This document shows, one piece after another, positions 36,990 to 48,979 of a stretch of DNA of 64,000 nt. The DNA lies in assembly GCF_964355755.1 (NCBI RefSeq), contig NC_092673.1, positions 9,424,001 through 9,488,000 on the forward strand, in the 5' to 3' direction. Within the stretch, counting starts at the first letter, position 1. Each line of letters starts with the position of its first letter. The notes under the pieces are model-generated. The model was not told where the DNA came from, searched no databases, and was given only the letters and a program-made list of their open reading frames with translations. The position numbers and the translations under genes are program-made. Source of the DNA: Antedon mediterranea (Eukaryota > Animalia > Echinodermata).

Positions 36990-39075
36990 CAGGGCCGTAA
37001 CCAGGTTTGACGGCGGGTGGATCGTTAAGTTGTTTAGTGGAACCAAGGGGCGGATCCAGGATATTGAAATAGGGGTGGCGTAGCTTTGCGAGCGAAGCGA
37101 GCAAACATTGGCTGGGGGCCAGGGGGCCGGCAAGGGCCCCCGGTCGGGATCCAGGGGCCGACGGCCCCTGGAAATTTTGGCGTTCTAGCGCATTGTAAGT
37201 CGTTTAAAACGATTTACAAACATCTCATAATGTCATTTACCAAACACTCTAAAGCTCGCAAATTACGACATGTGGAATATGCAGCTGATACTTACCTAGG
37301 GTACCAAAAGCAAGCTAACAACTTGCCTGTACTTTACATCTAAATTTTTACAACGCGACGATGTTTTTCACCTTTTAAGCCGATTTTCCACTAGGCGAAT
37401 TTGTTCGCTTTATATTATAAACTATATAATACCTAGGCCGGTATTATTTTTTTACACGCGCGCCGGGTCGATCGCGGTCACTGTACTTGGCATGCAGCTA
37501 AAGTAAAATGACGTCAAGTTAAAGCGGGTCGTCACAGAGTCTCATGAATATTAATGAAGCAAACTTGCTGAGAGTGTTTTCACCACGCAACACATGCGAC
37601 GCGAGATTTATCGAAACTCGACTCCGAGCCATCGACTGACGGTCATGTTTTTGACAATTAAAATCACGGTATATTCAACGACCTGGTACGATCGTTTAAA
37701 AATTAGCGGTCCGGCTCGATTACATTATATTTAGTGATTTGAAAAAAACAAAACACCTCTTTTGTCATGATGTCATCGCGATGTGTTTATGAGAATCATC
37801 GACGGGAAAGCAAATAAAACAACAAGGGTCATGAAATGCTGCAACATTGTTAATATTTTAATAGTAATACGTTTTAATAAAATTTAGCCCTAACGGGATA
37901 ATTTTCATAGGCACTACAGTCCTAGCCTTTGTTTTTATTGTACTTAATAAATGGGCGCGTAGTATAGTAGCACTGACCATGTGGCTTCATCAACTCTGTT
38001 GATCGTCTGAGGTACCGCTACTCTACAATACGGGAGTGACGATCACAAAGGATGCCGACCTGCTTAGTGGAACGCAACCAAGCTCACCACGTGGCTTTTA
38101 TCAACTTGCTCCTTTTACACTTAACTGTGAATGATCGTTGGTAACGCTGTTACGCTAGAGATTGATAGTACACAAAGGATGTCGACGTACATGCTTGGTG
38201 GAATGCGATCAAGCTGACGATGTCCTCCGACGTACTATTTTCACTATGAAAATGTGCAAACCATCGGTGATTGATGACCGTCGAAACGATACGTGTTTTT
38301 AAAATCTATTTAATTTTTTTTTTAAATACGCCCCCGCTAGATCCGCCACTGGAACCATACCCTCGAGTTTTTTTTCTCTATAGGCCTATGGCCGCAAATC
38401 GCATTTCCGGCTATTCTTTTTTGTTTATGAACTATATTTTTGGTGTAATTTCCAGCCCACAAATTTCAATTGCCGACCTTAATATTGCCGACCTTAGAGG
38501 ACGGCATTCTCTTGCCGACCGAAATTAGGCTAGATCCCTCCTCCTTTCAAGCCTCCTAGCAACAACATGGTACATTAGGGATCGTATCATTGAGACTTTA
38601 ACAGGCATATTCACCATCATGTGGTGTTTAGGTAAAAAACCATGGAATTAAGATGATCCCTGAATTCACTCAACCATTGCATCTTGCACTTGCGTGTGAG
38701 CTGCATGCTTTCTCTATCAAGCAGCTGACTGGGCACGTCACACACGCACGCGGAGACCTGTGTAGGGGAATACCCTGTTATGTCAACCAAACAACAACTA
38801 TGCTCTGTGTACAGCGCGCTAGCTCCAGAACCACGATGTTCAGCAGTTATCAAATAGAACTTATCTTGTAAATTTTAGTGTTAGGTTTTTATATTTTAGT
38901 TAAAATATATATATATATATATTAATTAAATTTATTAAGGCTTGACTAGGCCTGTAGTGAACAATCGTCGTGTTGTGTTAGTATGCCCAGCAAAAAAAAA
39001 GTGGGAGGCCAAGCGGAACTCGCTGTTCAGCGGGGGATCGTACGATCCCCCGATCCCCCCCTGGTTACGGGCCTG
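36990..39075. mobile_element. hAT-like element with a 5-bp TSD (hAT5-type)
   Basis: CAGGGCCGTAACCAGG / CCTGGTTACGGGCCTG; TSD CTTTG. Confidence 0.8.
37045..38351. mobile_element. Second 5-bp-TSD hAT-like element nested in the first
   Basis: AAGGGGCGGATCCAG / CTAGATCCGCCACTG; TSD GAACC. Confidence 0.75.
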
Positions 39076-40175
39076 CTTTGTTGGAGGCCTAGAAAATATG
39101 AAAGTTACTGTACCGCCATGGTTCCTAAATATATTTTGTTTGTTGTTAATCAAAAGTACTTCACTGTTAAATTAATACTGATCATGTTCTAATAATTAGC
39201 GATTAAAATTATTTTTTATGTATATGTTTTGTACGAAAACGGAAAGTGATATCAATGCGCAAAATTTCGTCTGCTCCTCAAATACTCTCTTGTCAATGGC
39301 CTTTGTTACCGAGACGTGTGCAACTTGACTAAAAGCTCGACTTCATTAAATTGAAGTGCAAACCTTGACTACTTCGTTTATGAATCAAATTTAAAGTAAT
39401 AGCTCGAACTACGACTTATTCAAGTCCAACTTCGAACTATGACTAAAGTCCGGTTTAAGAATACGGTCGTAAGAGTCTGTTTACCATCAACAGACATCAG
39501 CTATCATCAACTCACTGTCCAAATACTGTAGTGGATTACTGTCAACAAACTTATTTAGATTCAAACCTGTATTCCTGGATATTTTATGCCTTTGAATTCA
39601 TCATATTTCATTTAGAGGCCTACCTAAGTGTTTGCTAAAATAAATAAATATAATATATGTTTAATTTATCCAGGTTTTTATGTGATTAATGGAGTGAGTG
39701 GTATGTTCAGTTTTCTGTCGGATTATGTGATAAATTCTCTTTTCATGTTTTTGTATTATATTTGAGGGTGTAGACTTACATAATAAATGTTTTTACAAAT
39801 GACACAAGTCTATAATTACTATAATAACATATGATGTTGGTTAATATATTAGTCCAGGAAATCTGTTTAGTGGAACATATATTTGAGGTCAATATGCCTA
39901 AAATTGGTAATAATCAATAATATTTAACAATATAAACCAAACATTAGTCGTAGTTCGTGGATGTCATTTTGATTCATAAACTGAACTTCAACTAAAATTT
40001 ACTAAATTAGGCCAACCTTGACTAAATCAAGATATATTTTGAACAGCAGGCTAAATTGCCGACTAATGATTTTTTAACAAGGTTTTTAAAAAATGTAACA
40101 GATTAGTTATGGTATTACTATTAGTAATATTAAATAATAATAAAATATTGTAATCCACTATTAAAATAGATATAG

Positions 40176-40795
40176 TAGACCAGTCGGATCTGGAGGCAGG
40201 TGTCACTTTTCTGCAGAATGTTCTTAACCAACCTTATGCACTTTTTGACGTAGATTACGAATCTGGTTGTTGATCGGACTAAAATATAATCATTTAAAAA
40301 CTTGTTTTTTTGAAAACCTAATTTAATCGAAATAATATATATTTAGAAAATAGAGGGTGCACTTTCTACATAATTTATGATAATTTAAAGTAAGTTTGAT
40401 TAAAAGAGGTTTCGTTGCTGTTAGCTTTATTCACGTAAAATGTGAAAATCAGTTATAATTCGGGTCTGCTTTATATGCTGGAATTGTTTTAGTAATACAC
40501 TGTGTAGTATAAAGTTAGTTAGAACTTTCCATTTTTGCATTTTCAGCGATCAAAATTGATATTGTCTAGTCCCCGAAGACGAATGCTTCCAGCGTACGAC
40601 GTATGTAAGCAAAGGACGTTTAAACCGCGATGACCGCATATAATCCACTCAAGTGACTCTTCATATCTCGAAAATGCCCCTCTCCGTCACGATCAACATT
40701 CATATTCGTATTCTATAGCCAAAATTACCCCAGAAAAAATAGATGAAGTAAATTCTGCAAAAAGTGACACCTATACCTCAAATACGACTGGTCTA
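40176..40795. mobile_element. Non-autonomous Academ-type element
   Basis: TAGACCAGTCG...AGGTGTCACTTTT / AAAAGTGACACCT...CGACTGGTCTA; 3-bp TSD TAG. Confidence 0.8.
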
Positions 40796-40859
40796 TAGAT
40801 TGACTTATTGAATTTATTGATTGAAATTAAAACTGATAGTGTATTGATGTATGTGACAG

Positions 40860-41018
40860 TTTGTGGAGGTTGGAGCATTAACAACACACCTACAGGAGGC
40901 AAAACCTAGAAACAAGAAAACTAGGTTTGAGTTAGAGCACATGCTATCCTTAGTTAGCAAAGACAAAGAAGTGGTAGGTCAGGACCACTCGAATGAATTA
41001 TGTACAATCATGCCTAAG
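40860..41018 (+). CDS. Host gene exon (FVEVGALTTHLQEAKPRNKKTRFELEHML...IMPK)
   Basis: gacAG acceptor, AAG|GTAGGC donor, 159 bp open, phase 0/0. Confidence 0.7.
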
Positions 41019-41788
41019 GTAGGCTAATGTTTTTAATCTATTAACTGTACCATGACTGTAATAAATAAAATAGTAACAAATAGAAACTGTTATTAATTTT
41101 GTTGAATTTAGCAAATAAATAAATTCCTTTCATTTGATTGGACAATTGTCGGTCACATGGTGTGCAATAGTACGCACTATTAAACGATCGTTTAATAGTA
41201 CTTTTTAAACATTTTTGTGTACGAAAAAAAAACATTTTGCGGGTAAAAAAAAAAATCGCCACCTATTGCCTTGCCTCTGTTTTGTTTGTAAACACCACTG
41301 AGATATGCAGCAGCAGCAGATTTTTGTGTACGATTTGGAGATATATATATACTAATTTCATTGAAAAAGGCATTTAAATTTAGCTTTAGATCGTTTTTGG
41401 ATTTTGATTAATTAATGGGGACATCCCTACAAGACGTGGAATCGTTGGAAAAAACATAATTAGCCTATATATGAGTTTCAGTTGCCTGTCGAAGTTTCAT
41501 ATTGCTGCAGCCTAGCTGGGCCTAGGCCTGTTCGTATTAGGCTAGGACTAGGTGTTTTAGCCTGGCAAGGCCTAGGATTGTTTGATTGTTTGTTGACATA
41601 ATTAACACTACAGTAGGTTTGTTTATAAAATCCATATAAATAATAATATTTAATATAATTATTAAAAACCAAATGTTATTGTTACTGTTTTAATCAATGT
41701 GAATCAAATGTAGACATTGGATAGGCCTACCTTTTATGTGATTCAAATGAGAGGAATCTATTTAAATGTTATATAAAACAAATAATGA

Positions 41789-41924
41789 ATTTATATTCGT
41801 GTAATAGTACATAAGGGCATTTGGTGAATGATGAAAGGTTATATTTCAACACGGCTTGCGCCTTGTTGAAATAATAACCTTTCATCATTCACCTCATGCC
41901 ATTTGTATCATTACACTCATAAAT
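41789..41924. repeat. Imperfect palindrome of about 135 bp, from a dispersed repeat family
   Basis: GGTGAATGATGAAAGGTTATATTTCAACA-CGGCTTGCGCC-TTGTTGAAATAATAACCTTTCATCATTCACC; similar motifs at about 7415-7500 and 18300-18365. Confidence 0.7.
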
Positions 41925-42454
41925 GAACATGCTTCCACAGCATACTCATGAGACATCAACTATTATTAGTTCATGAGGCATCAACTATCATTAGTTCATG
42001 AGGCATAAAAAAACTCCTTAAACTATACATTCCTTTCTATTAACATTTAGTTTTAGTTATCTGTAAGCGCCTTGAAATTGTTTGATAAGGCGCAATATAA
42101 ATGGGTGTATGTTATGTATTGGTATAGAGTATTTTATCTGTACAGCTAAAAATGAATCATAAAGACCTGTATCAAAACAATACATGTGGAAAGGACAAAA
42201 CAGTACAATGTTATTTGTGGGAGGGGCAGCATCAAAACGTAGCTATTCTTTGGGTCAATAGACAAGTCTGGCAAATCGCGAAAATTTCTAGTATTTAACA
42301 CTTTGTAAATAAATCGTAAAAAATATAAATGTTAATTTTTTTTATTGTTTCTTTTGTTTATCTGGAAAATGTCCAGGCTAAACATTTTGGCAAATTTAAC
42401 CCTAAGACAGGTCAAATAAGCAATTGAAGTGACGGTACCTATCTCTTGTATGTT

Positions 42455-43816
42455 CTCTTCTTCTTAACCTATTTCTTTCCACTGCAGGACGAAGGCCTCT
42501 TCACCAATTTACCATTCACTTCTGTCTCTAGCTACTCTTTGCCATGCCACCATGTGTTGTTAGTTCATCCCTCCATCTCATCTTTTGTCTCCCTCTGCCT
42601 CTTTTTGTAGGTTCTTGAAGTCCAATTTGTCAGTCTGACTGTCCAGATGTTGTCACATCTCCTGGCCAGATGTCATGCCCACCTCTATTTCTTTGAGCTG
42701 CTTATTATGGCCTGAACTCCTGATTTAAATCTGAGATTTGTATTTGACACTTTATCCATCTTTGTGACACCTATTAGTACTCTTTCCATTACCCTTTCTG
42801 TTACTCTCAGCCTTTTTTCGAGACGCTTAGTAATGGTCCATGTTTCCGAACTGTAGATAAGGGTTGGTATGATGCATTGGTTGAAGACCTTTCTTTTCAA
42901 TGAGATAGGTAATGATGTGTCGCGGCATATGTATCTTAAGGAACCGAACTTTGCCAAACCTAGTTAAATTCTTCTTTTGATCTCTCTCTCTGATGGTATC
43001 ATCAAGGTGAATCCTGGAAGTGGATAGCTTTGATAAGTTTGATGTACTTCTCGTCAATTTTTTGGTGTTTCAAAGCTCTCAGAAGTGACTGATGATCAAG
43101 GCTATCAAAAGCATTTTTGTAGTCCACATCAAGGTGAATCCTGGAAGTGGGGTTCTTGTAGATAGCTTTGATAAGTTTGATGTACTTCTCGTCAATTTTT
43201 TTGTGTTTCAAAGCTCTCAGAAGTGACTGATGATCAAGGCTATCAAAAGCCTTTTTGTAGTCCACGAAACTCAAGAACAAGTTGAAATTATATTCCATTG
43301 ATTTCTCAATAACTAGGCTGAGTGTGTGTAGGTGGTCTGATGTACCAAACCCTGCTCTAACCCCCACCTGCTCTCTTGGTTGGTTATCATCCAGCTGTGA
43401 CTGCATACGAGCAAGTATCACCTGGTAAAGATTTTATACAGGTGCGGAAGCAAGCTGATTGGTCTGTAATTTTTAACATACTTTTTGTCTCCTTTCTTGA
43501 ATATATGAATGACTTTATGAATGGTTTCATCCCACTGGTGAGGGATTTCCTCTTCTAGTATGATCTTGTTGAATAGATCCGTGACTATTGTAATTGCCTC
43601 TTCATCCCTCAGGCTGATTATGTCAGATGTTAGCTGGTCTTCACCTGGTCCCTTTCAATTTTTCATTTCTTAAGGGCATGGCTCACTTCACCCGGTAGGA
43701 TAGGAGGAACCACATCAGCTCTGTTAGACCAATTTTCATTCTCTCTCCAGTCCGATTGGTTGCTATTATAAAGGGTCTTATAGAAGTCCCTTAAAACTTT
43801 ATTGAGTTGCTGTTTG
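42455..43816 (-). mobile_element. RTE-clade LINE, 5'-truncated and internally rearranged
   Basis: QPREQ.G.R.GF.T.DHL, FVDYKKAFDS and KRKVFNQCIIPTLIYSSETW motifs; (AAG)n 3' end; 15-bp TSD TATCTCTTGTATGTT (42440-42454 and 43817-43831). Confidence 0.92.
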
Positions 43817-44299
43817 TATCTCTTGTATGTTAACAGTGAAAACTCATGACGTAAATTTTGCAATGCACATATGACGTCACAGCAATTTACGGTGACGGCT
43901 GTACGGCGAGCGCATGCGGCGATATCAAAGAATATATATCACAAGAATGAGTAATCAGCGGTTTTCCCTGTAACAGTAATATTGTCCATGCAGTAGTGTG
44001 CCGCCATAAGTCAGGATGTATACAACTTTTTGTGACGGTCACACTAATCTAAGCCTGGACCACCAGTAGTGTTTTCATGATAAAAAAATGTTATCAACTA
44101 CATCCCAACATCATGTTAAATGTTGTTTGAATATTTAATTGTTCGTTTCATGCAATTTATTTATTAAAAAACTACCGAATAAACAGTTCGCTTCATCAAC
44201 TGGGCGCTACCGGTCGTGTTGTTGTTTACGCGTTTTTACAAAGGATAGTTTAATAATATTTCTATATTTAACTCGTTTCTAGTAAAAAAAACCAAAAAA

Positions 44300-45075
44300 A
44301 CAGGTATGGAGGTGTGGTGTGTAATTAGTTCAGCATTGCTGTCCACTAAGAGCCTCATTGGAGGGCCTTCTGTCATTGGTAGTGTTTGGTGTTCAGATGT
44401 GTTGAATGTGCTAGATCTGTAGTAGTCAATGATGATGAATGAACTGTTGTAAATGACTACGATTGTCGTAGCTAGGAAAAGAAGCCTTGTTGGTGGTTTA
44501 GGAGGCAGTTGGCGTTTAGGGCAGCTGCATAGTTCTGATACGTCATGTCCACTTTGGGTGTTGATATGAGGTTGTTGAATGCCGATGGTGTCGGCTATCA
44601 ATTCCTCTTGTAACTTTGTTTAGCCAACTGTACGGTAACTGGAAGGTATTAGTGATCATACCGAGGGCGATGCATTCTTCCCTGCTGAGGAATAGTTTAT
44701 CTGAGTTATCGGTGACCTACGTTACTTGGCGGTGACGTACGTTACTTGGCGGTTTTGTCTTTTCTTAGTATCAACTATCATAGGATAGCGGCACCAAGGA
44801 TATTGATTCCCTTGTTATTGGCAGCATCCATCTTCAGAGTGACAGGTATAATGTCTTTCCGCTTGAGACCGAGATGATGCAAGACCTGTATGTCTGCAAG
44901 ACAACTCTAACAACTTGTGTCGGCCATGGCCAAGATGTTGGCTGATCTTGGTCTGGTGTTGAGTGAGTATCCAAGGAGGGTGTAGTCTTTCTTGTTAATG
45001 TCAACAGTAAGACGAATGAACGGCTGTGGCTGTGATGTTTGTTTAACCAAAGTTTGAGGTTGTCAAAGAGCAATA
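44300..45075 (-). mobile_element. Ty3/Gypsy pol fragment (aspartic protease to pre-RT region)
   Basis: Degenerate MADTSC*SCLA protease motif, DKLFLSREECIALGMI, CSCPKRQLPP and DYYRSSTFNT.EHQ.LPM.EGPPMRL. Confidence 0.75.
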
Positions 45076-45464
45076 AGTTTACATAGCTACTATAGGCCTA
45101 TGGTTTAAGTACGTTGTAAACTGTGTAAATAAATAGGTGTCATTTTAGCTGATAATTACAATATCTAATTTTGATACTGAGGTCCCCCAGCCTTCTTCCT
45201 CTCACCATCCAAGCCACAATTAAGAAAAATTTAACTCCTCCCCTGGACAGTTCAAACGTAGTAACTTTTCCTATTACAATTCCAATCATATAGGCTACTT
45301 CATTATGCCAGTATTTTCGCTCCTTCTCCTCCCCATTCAAACACACCCCATATGCTGGGTGATGTGTTTAAGAATGTTCCAGTAAAAATTATGTTAGCCC
45401 TCAGTGGCAGTCCCCACTTTTTTCTGAACCCTAACTACCACACCCAATCTCCCTCTCCCACCAA

Positions 45465-45860
45465 ATCCTTTTTGAAATGTAGTTTAAAACCTTCCCGGTA
45501 CAATTGCAACCATTTTGATACCCCATATGTATGGTTACATGCAGAAACAGAAATTTGTATAACAAACATCGAAAGTGGGCCATTTTGACCACATTGTGGC
45601 CTCTATCTTAGATCCTAGACGCCTTCCGGAGGATAATTCAAATACTGTAAAACATTTGTAATACAATTTTACAATTCGATAGCCTACAACCTCGAGCCCA
45701 AGTAAAAATGACATCACAACCCCCCCCCCCCCCCCCACCCCCAACAAAATCCCCAGGACTGGGGGAATTTTTAAAATGTAGTTTAAAACCTTCCGGGTAC
45801 AATTGCGATTATTTTGATACCCCATATGTATGGTTACGTACAGAAACAGAAATTTGTATA
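45465..45860. repeat. Direct repeat of about 90 bp at about 300-bp spacing
   Basis: AAATGTAGTTTAAAACCTTCC...GATACCCCATATGTATGGTTAC...CAGAAACAGAAATTTGTATAA at about 45475 and about 45774. Confidence 0.85.
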
Positions 45861-46370
45861 ATAATAATAAACAATATTTATATAGCGCCTAATGGATCAC
45901 TGACCCCTCTAGGTGCTTTACATTGACCCTAACTAATGGTAATAAACTATCCCCCGCCGGACACCATTCCGGTATTTCTTAGTCGAGGTTTCGGGGATGG
46001 AAACAATCAATAATGTGAAAGAATGTAACTATGCTTAACTAAGGTAAAACTATCCCCCGCCGGACACCATCCCGGTATATCCGAGTCAAGGTTTCGGGGC
46101 CAGAATTAAGAATAGAGAGTAAATGAAGCATGCACTAACTTAACTAGGGTTAAACTATCCCCTGCCGGACACCATCCCGGTATTTCTGAGTCAAGGTTTC
46201 AGTGAAGCAATGAATGAATGAATAAGTTAATTAAATACCAGATGGGCTTTCAGTCGTGATTTAAAAATACTGACTGAGAAGCAAGTTTCACAAAGTGTGG
46301 AAGTTTGTTCCATAATGAAGGTGCTATTGCTGCAAAAGACCTTCTACAGCAGTGGATTATTTTGGTAATG
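45859..46370 (-). mobile_element. L2 LINE 3' end (ORF2 C-terminus, 3' UTR and conserved tail)
   Basis: Minus strand RRSFAAIAPSLWNKLP...FKSRLKAHL; tail TGTAAAGCACC...GGCGCTATATAAAT followed by (TTA)n. Confidence 0.85.
45929..46204 (-). repeat. Three conserved structured repeats (53-bp core, about 68 bp with flank) separated by unique spacers in the L2 3' UTR
   Basis: Cores at 45944, 46047 and 46152: AAACTATCCCCYGCCGGACACCATYCCGGTATWTCYKAGTCRAGGTTTCRGKG. Confidence 0.9.
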
Positions 46371-47682
46371 TTAGAAGAAATTAATCACCAGACCTTAGAG
46401 AAACGAATTTGAATATCGACACATTCTACTGTATAATATACTTATGTTTCATTTAAACAAAAATCCAGGAAGTGTCATAATTAATTTAATAGAATAACTT
46501 GCTGTGAAATAATTTTTTTAATTGGAAAAAGACAATTTGTACTAATTTTGGCTTTTAATTTGCCAACATACTCATTTTTACAAGTAACAAATTATGTGTT
46601 CAGAAATAGAATTATGGAATTATGTGTAATCTATAAACGCATAACTACAATAATTTTGGTAATGACACCATGATAATGACAAAAGTATTAATATTTCTCA
46701 TCAACTGGAAACTTGGGAGTCATCTTCTTAAGAATGACAGTTGTTACTCGGCAAGTTTCGCGTGCAAGGGGCGTGGGCCGGGTCAGCATTCTGCTATTTC
46801 CTCTTTTAGTTTAGTTTTAGGATGCTGGAATGTTCAGTCCTTAAGCATATTCTCTGATAGAAACTTGTGTAGGAAGTCTAGCCACGAACGATCTTGTCTT
46901 GGAGACGATGTGAGGTGATCCATTAACATAGTTTAAGATCACACTGCCAAACAAAAGCCCTCCTACAATTGATGTCCCTTCTACAAAAAATATCCAGACC
47001 TTCTTAGGTCACTTTACAAATACAAGGCCTAATAGTCCAGTAGCTGCTTGGTCCTGGTTTTGTTTAGAACAGATAGGCAGCAAAGAGCATGGTTCAGCGT
47101 CTAACAAGAAATGCCTTTGCTACTGGAATAATCTTAGTGATCACATCCAGATGTGTACGGATACCTGTGTTCCGTCTTAGGTGTATCGTGTGTGATCATG
47201 TACTTTTGTTGACGGTACAACTGATATTCACAATGCTTAGATTGGACTGGTCATGTAATGGAGGAATACCGCCTACCAAAATACTAGTTCCAAATCAATG
47301 TTCGGTGTTTGCTGTGAGCATGTTTGTTATTATTGTTTACTTATAGTTTACTCTTTGGCTGACTATAATTTACATGTTGTTCCAAGTTGATGTTTGGTGT
47401 TTATGATCTTATGCATAAATTTGATTATAAAATATTTTGTTACATTTGTGCACAAACAGGTATTTTTTGTTTTACATTTGTGGCCATTATCACATTTGTG
47501 GGCAATAATCGTTTTCACATTTGTGGGTTAATATGGGTTTCCTCATTTGTGGTTGTTTCACATTACAGCCATTTTCACATTTGTGTGTTGAACAAGGTAC
47601 TACAGTATAGCATATTCTTCTTTTATGTGATGATGTAGTAGAAAAAAGGTTACCTTAAAGAGTACTTATTCTGTCATTTCAG

Positions 47683-47826
47683 AAGCTAAGAACAGATTAT
47701 ACTACTGAAGAAGAACTGATGATAAACCTTACTGAGGCCAGAATTGAAATTAAAGAAATTAAACATAAGCTACAAACAGCTGAGAACAACTTTTTAGTTG
47801 AACAAACAATGAACAAGTCTTTGACG
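47683..47826 (+). CDS. Host gene exon (KLRTDYTTEEELMINLTEARIEIKEIKHKL...KSLT)
   Basis: tttcAG acceptor, ACG|GTAATA donor, 144 bp, phase 0/0. Confidence 0.85.
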
Positions 47827-48456
47827 GTAATAGAATCATGGTATCAGTAGTGACTTTTTTATTTGAGTAATAAACGGTGAATAGTCAACCGAGACTCATC
47901 CACAGTTATATGAATGTTTCAAATGAAATGACATTCATGTTGATACGCCAGTGCAATGCATAATGTAATGACCTTTGTAATTGTGTGTGCATGGTGCCAT
48001 TTGATGGGCTGGTAATACGCTAGGCAAGATCTTAGCCTAGATTCTAATTTCCTTGTAAAAATGCTTTAAGGGATTAACCTAAAAATCTTCATTTAAAATA
48101 ATCACTAAAAACTTGATAATTCACAGTTTGTAATATAATTTTAACTGAAATACCTTTTACTAGAGATCATTCTCTGCCATAATTTTGGTTAACTTTTTCA
48201 GTGTTATGACAACATACTGTAGTGGACATGTAAATCAAAGTCCCCCTATTATCCTTAAGAATGAAAATAATAATACCCTATTTTTAGTCATACTGTTGGC
48301 ATTATGATACATTTGTTACAAATGGAAAATGCTTTAGCAATTATTTTCTGTTTTAAACGTCTTGTTAGTTAGTGCTCAAAATGGTGTTTGAAGGTCGAAA
48401 ACTGCTCAAAATGAAGATTTTTTTGAATGTAATAAATTTTAGAAAAATAAATTTAG

Positions 48457-48607
48457 GAGCAGCAAGCCAAGTCAAATGAAAAGAGGTGCAGCTTGGAGAG
48501 AGCATTAAATTTGGTAGAAGTTGAAAAGGGGATATGGAACAACACAGAGAATGAACTGAACAAACAAATTGATAAGCTATGCAACGAACAAGAAAGATAT
48601 ATGCAAG
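48457..48607 (+). CDS. Host gene exon (EQQAKSNEKRCSLERAL...QERYMQ)
   Basis: tttAG acceptor, G|GTATTA donor, phase 0/1. Confidence 0.8.
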
Positions 48608-48819
48608 GTATTAAACATGAAACAAAACATTTTATTCTTACATAGTATGTGGAACACCTTAATGTTGAATATGTTTTTTCATTTTTTTTTTTTTTTTTAA
48701 TGCTGATCATTAGGGACCCTCAGAGGTTTACAAGACAAACATATACACAAGATGCTCTCATAAACAAAGTCTTATTACAAGCCTTTGGGAGTGGAGTTGT
48801 AATTTGGTCCTTAGAAAAA

Positions 48820-48900
48820 AATCCTGACATAAGACGGGACTTGAACCCAGAACCCCTGGAGTGGTGTAGCCAAGCATCATAAACACCAAGCCACAACTCC
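48820..48900 (-). mobile_element. tRNA-derived SINE head or tRNA pseudogene
   Basis: Minus strand TGTGGCTTGGTG (A-box-like) followed by GGGTTCAAGTCCC (B box). Confidence 0.5.
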
Positions 48901-48979
48901 ACTCGAGTGGTCATCTTTCACCAATAATCTATAATATAATAGCACTGAGCCAAAATTTGTTACTCTATCTCCTCCCAAA

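Larger units (their letters stand above)
36978..39469 (+). mobile_element. Older partial copy 3 of the 14976 MITE family, interrupted by hAT5-like elements
   Basis: 39076-39469 is collinear with about 15472-15902. A further degraded 5' fragment of the family lies at about 39945-40100. Confidence 0.85.

Noticed and set aside
45929-46204. CRISPR array, or a twister or hammerhead ribozyme
   Set aside because: The context is a eukaryotic LINE, there are no cas genes and the repeats are too long for CRISPR. The CCGG-N8-CCGG hairpin lacks the twister L4 (UYYNAAGC) and P2 elements, and there is no CUGANGA core.
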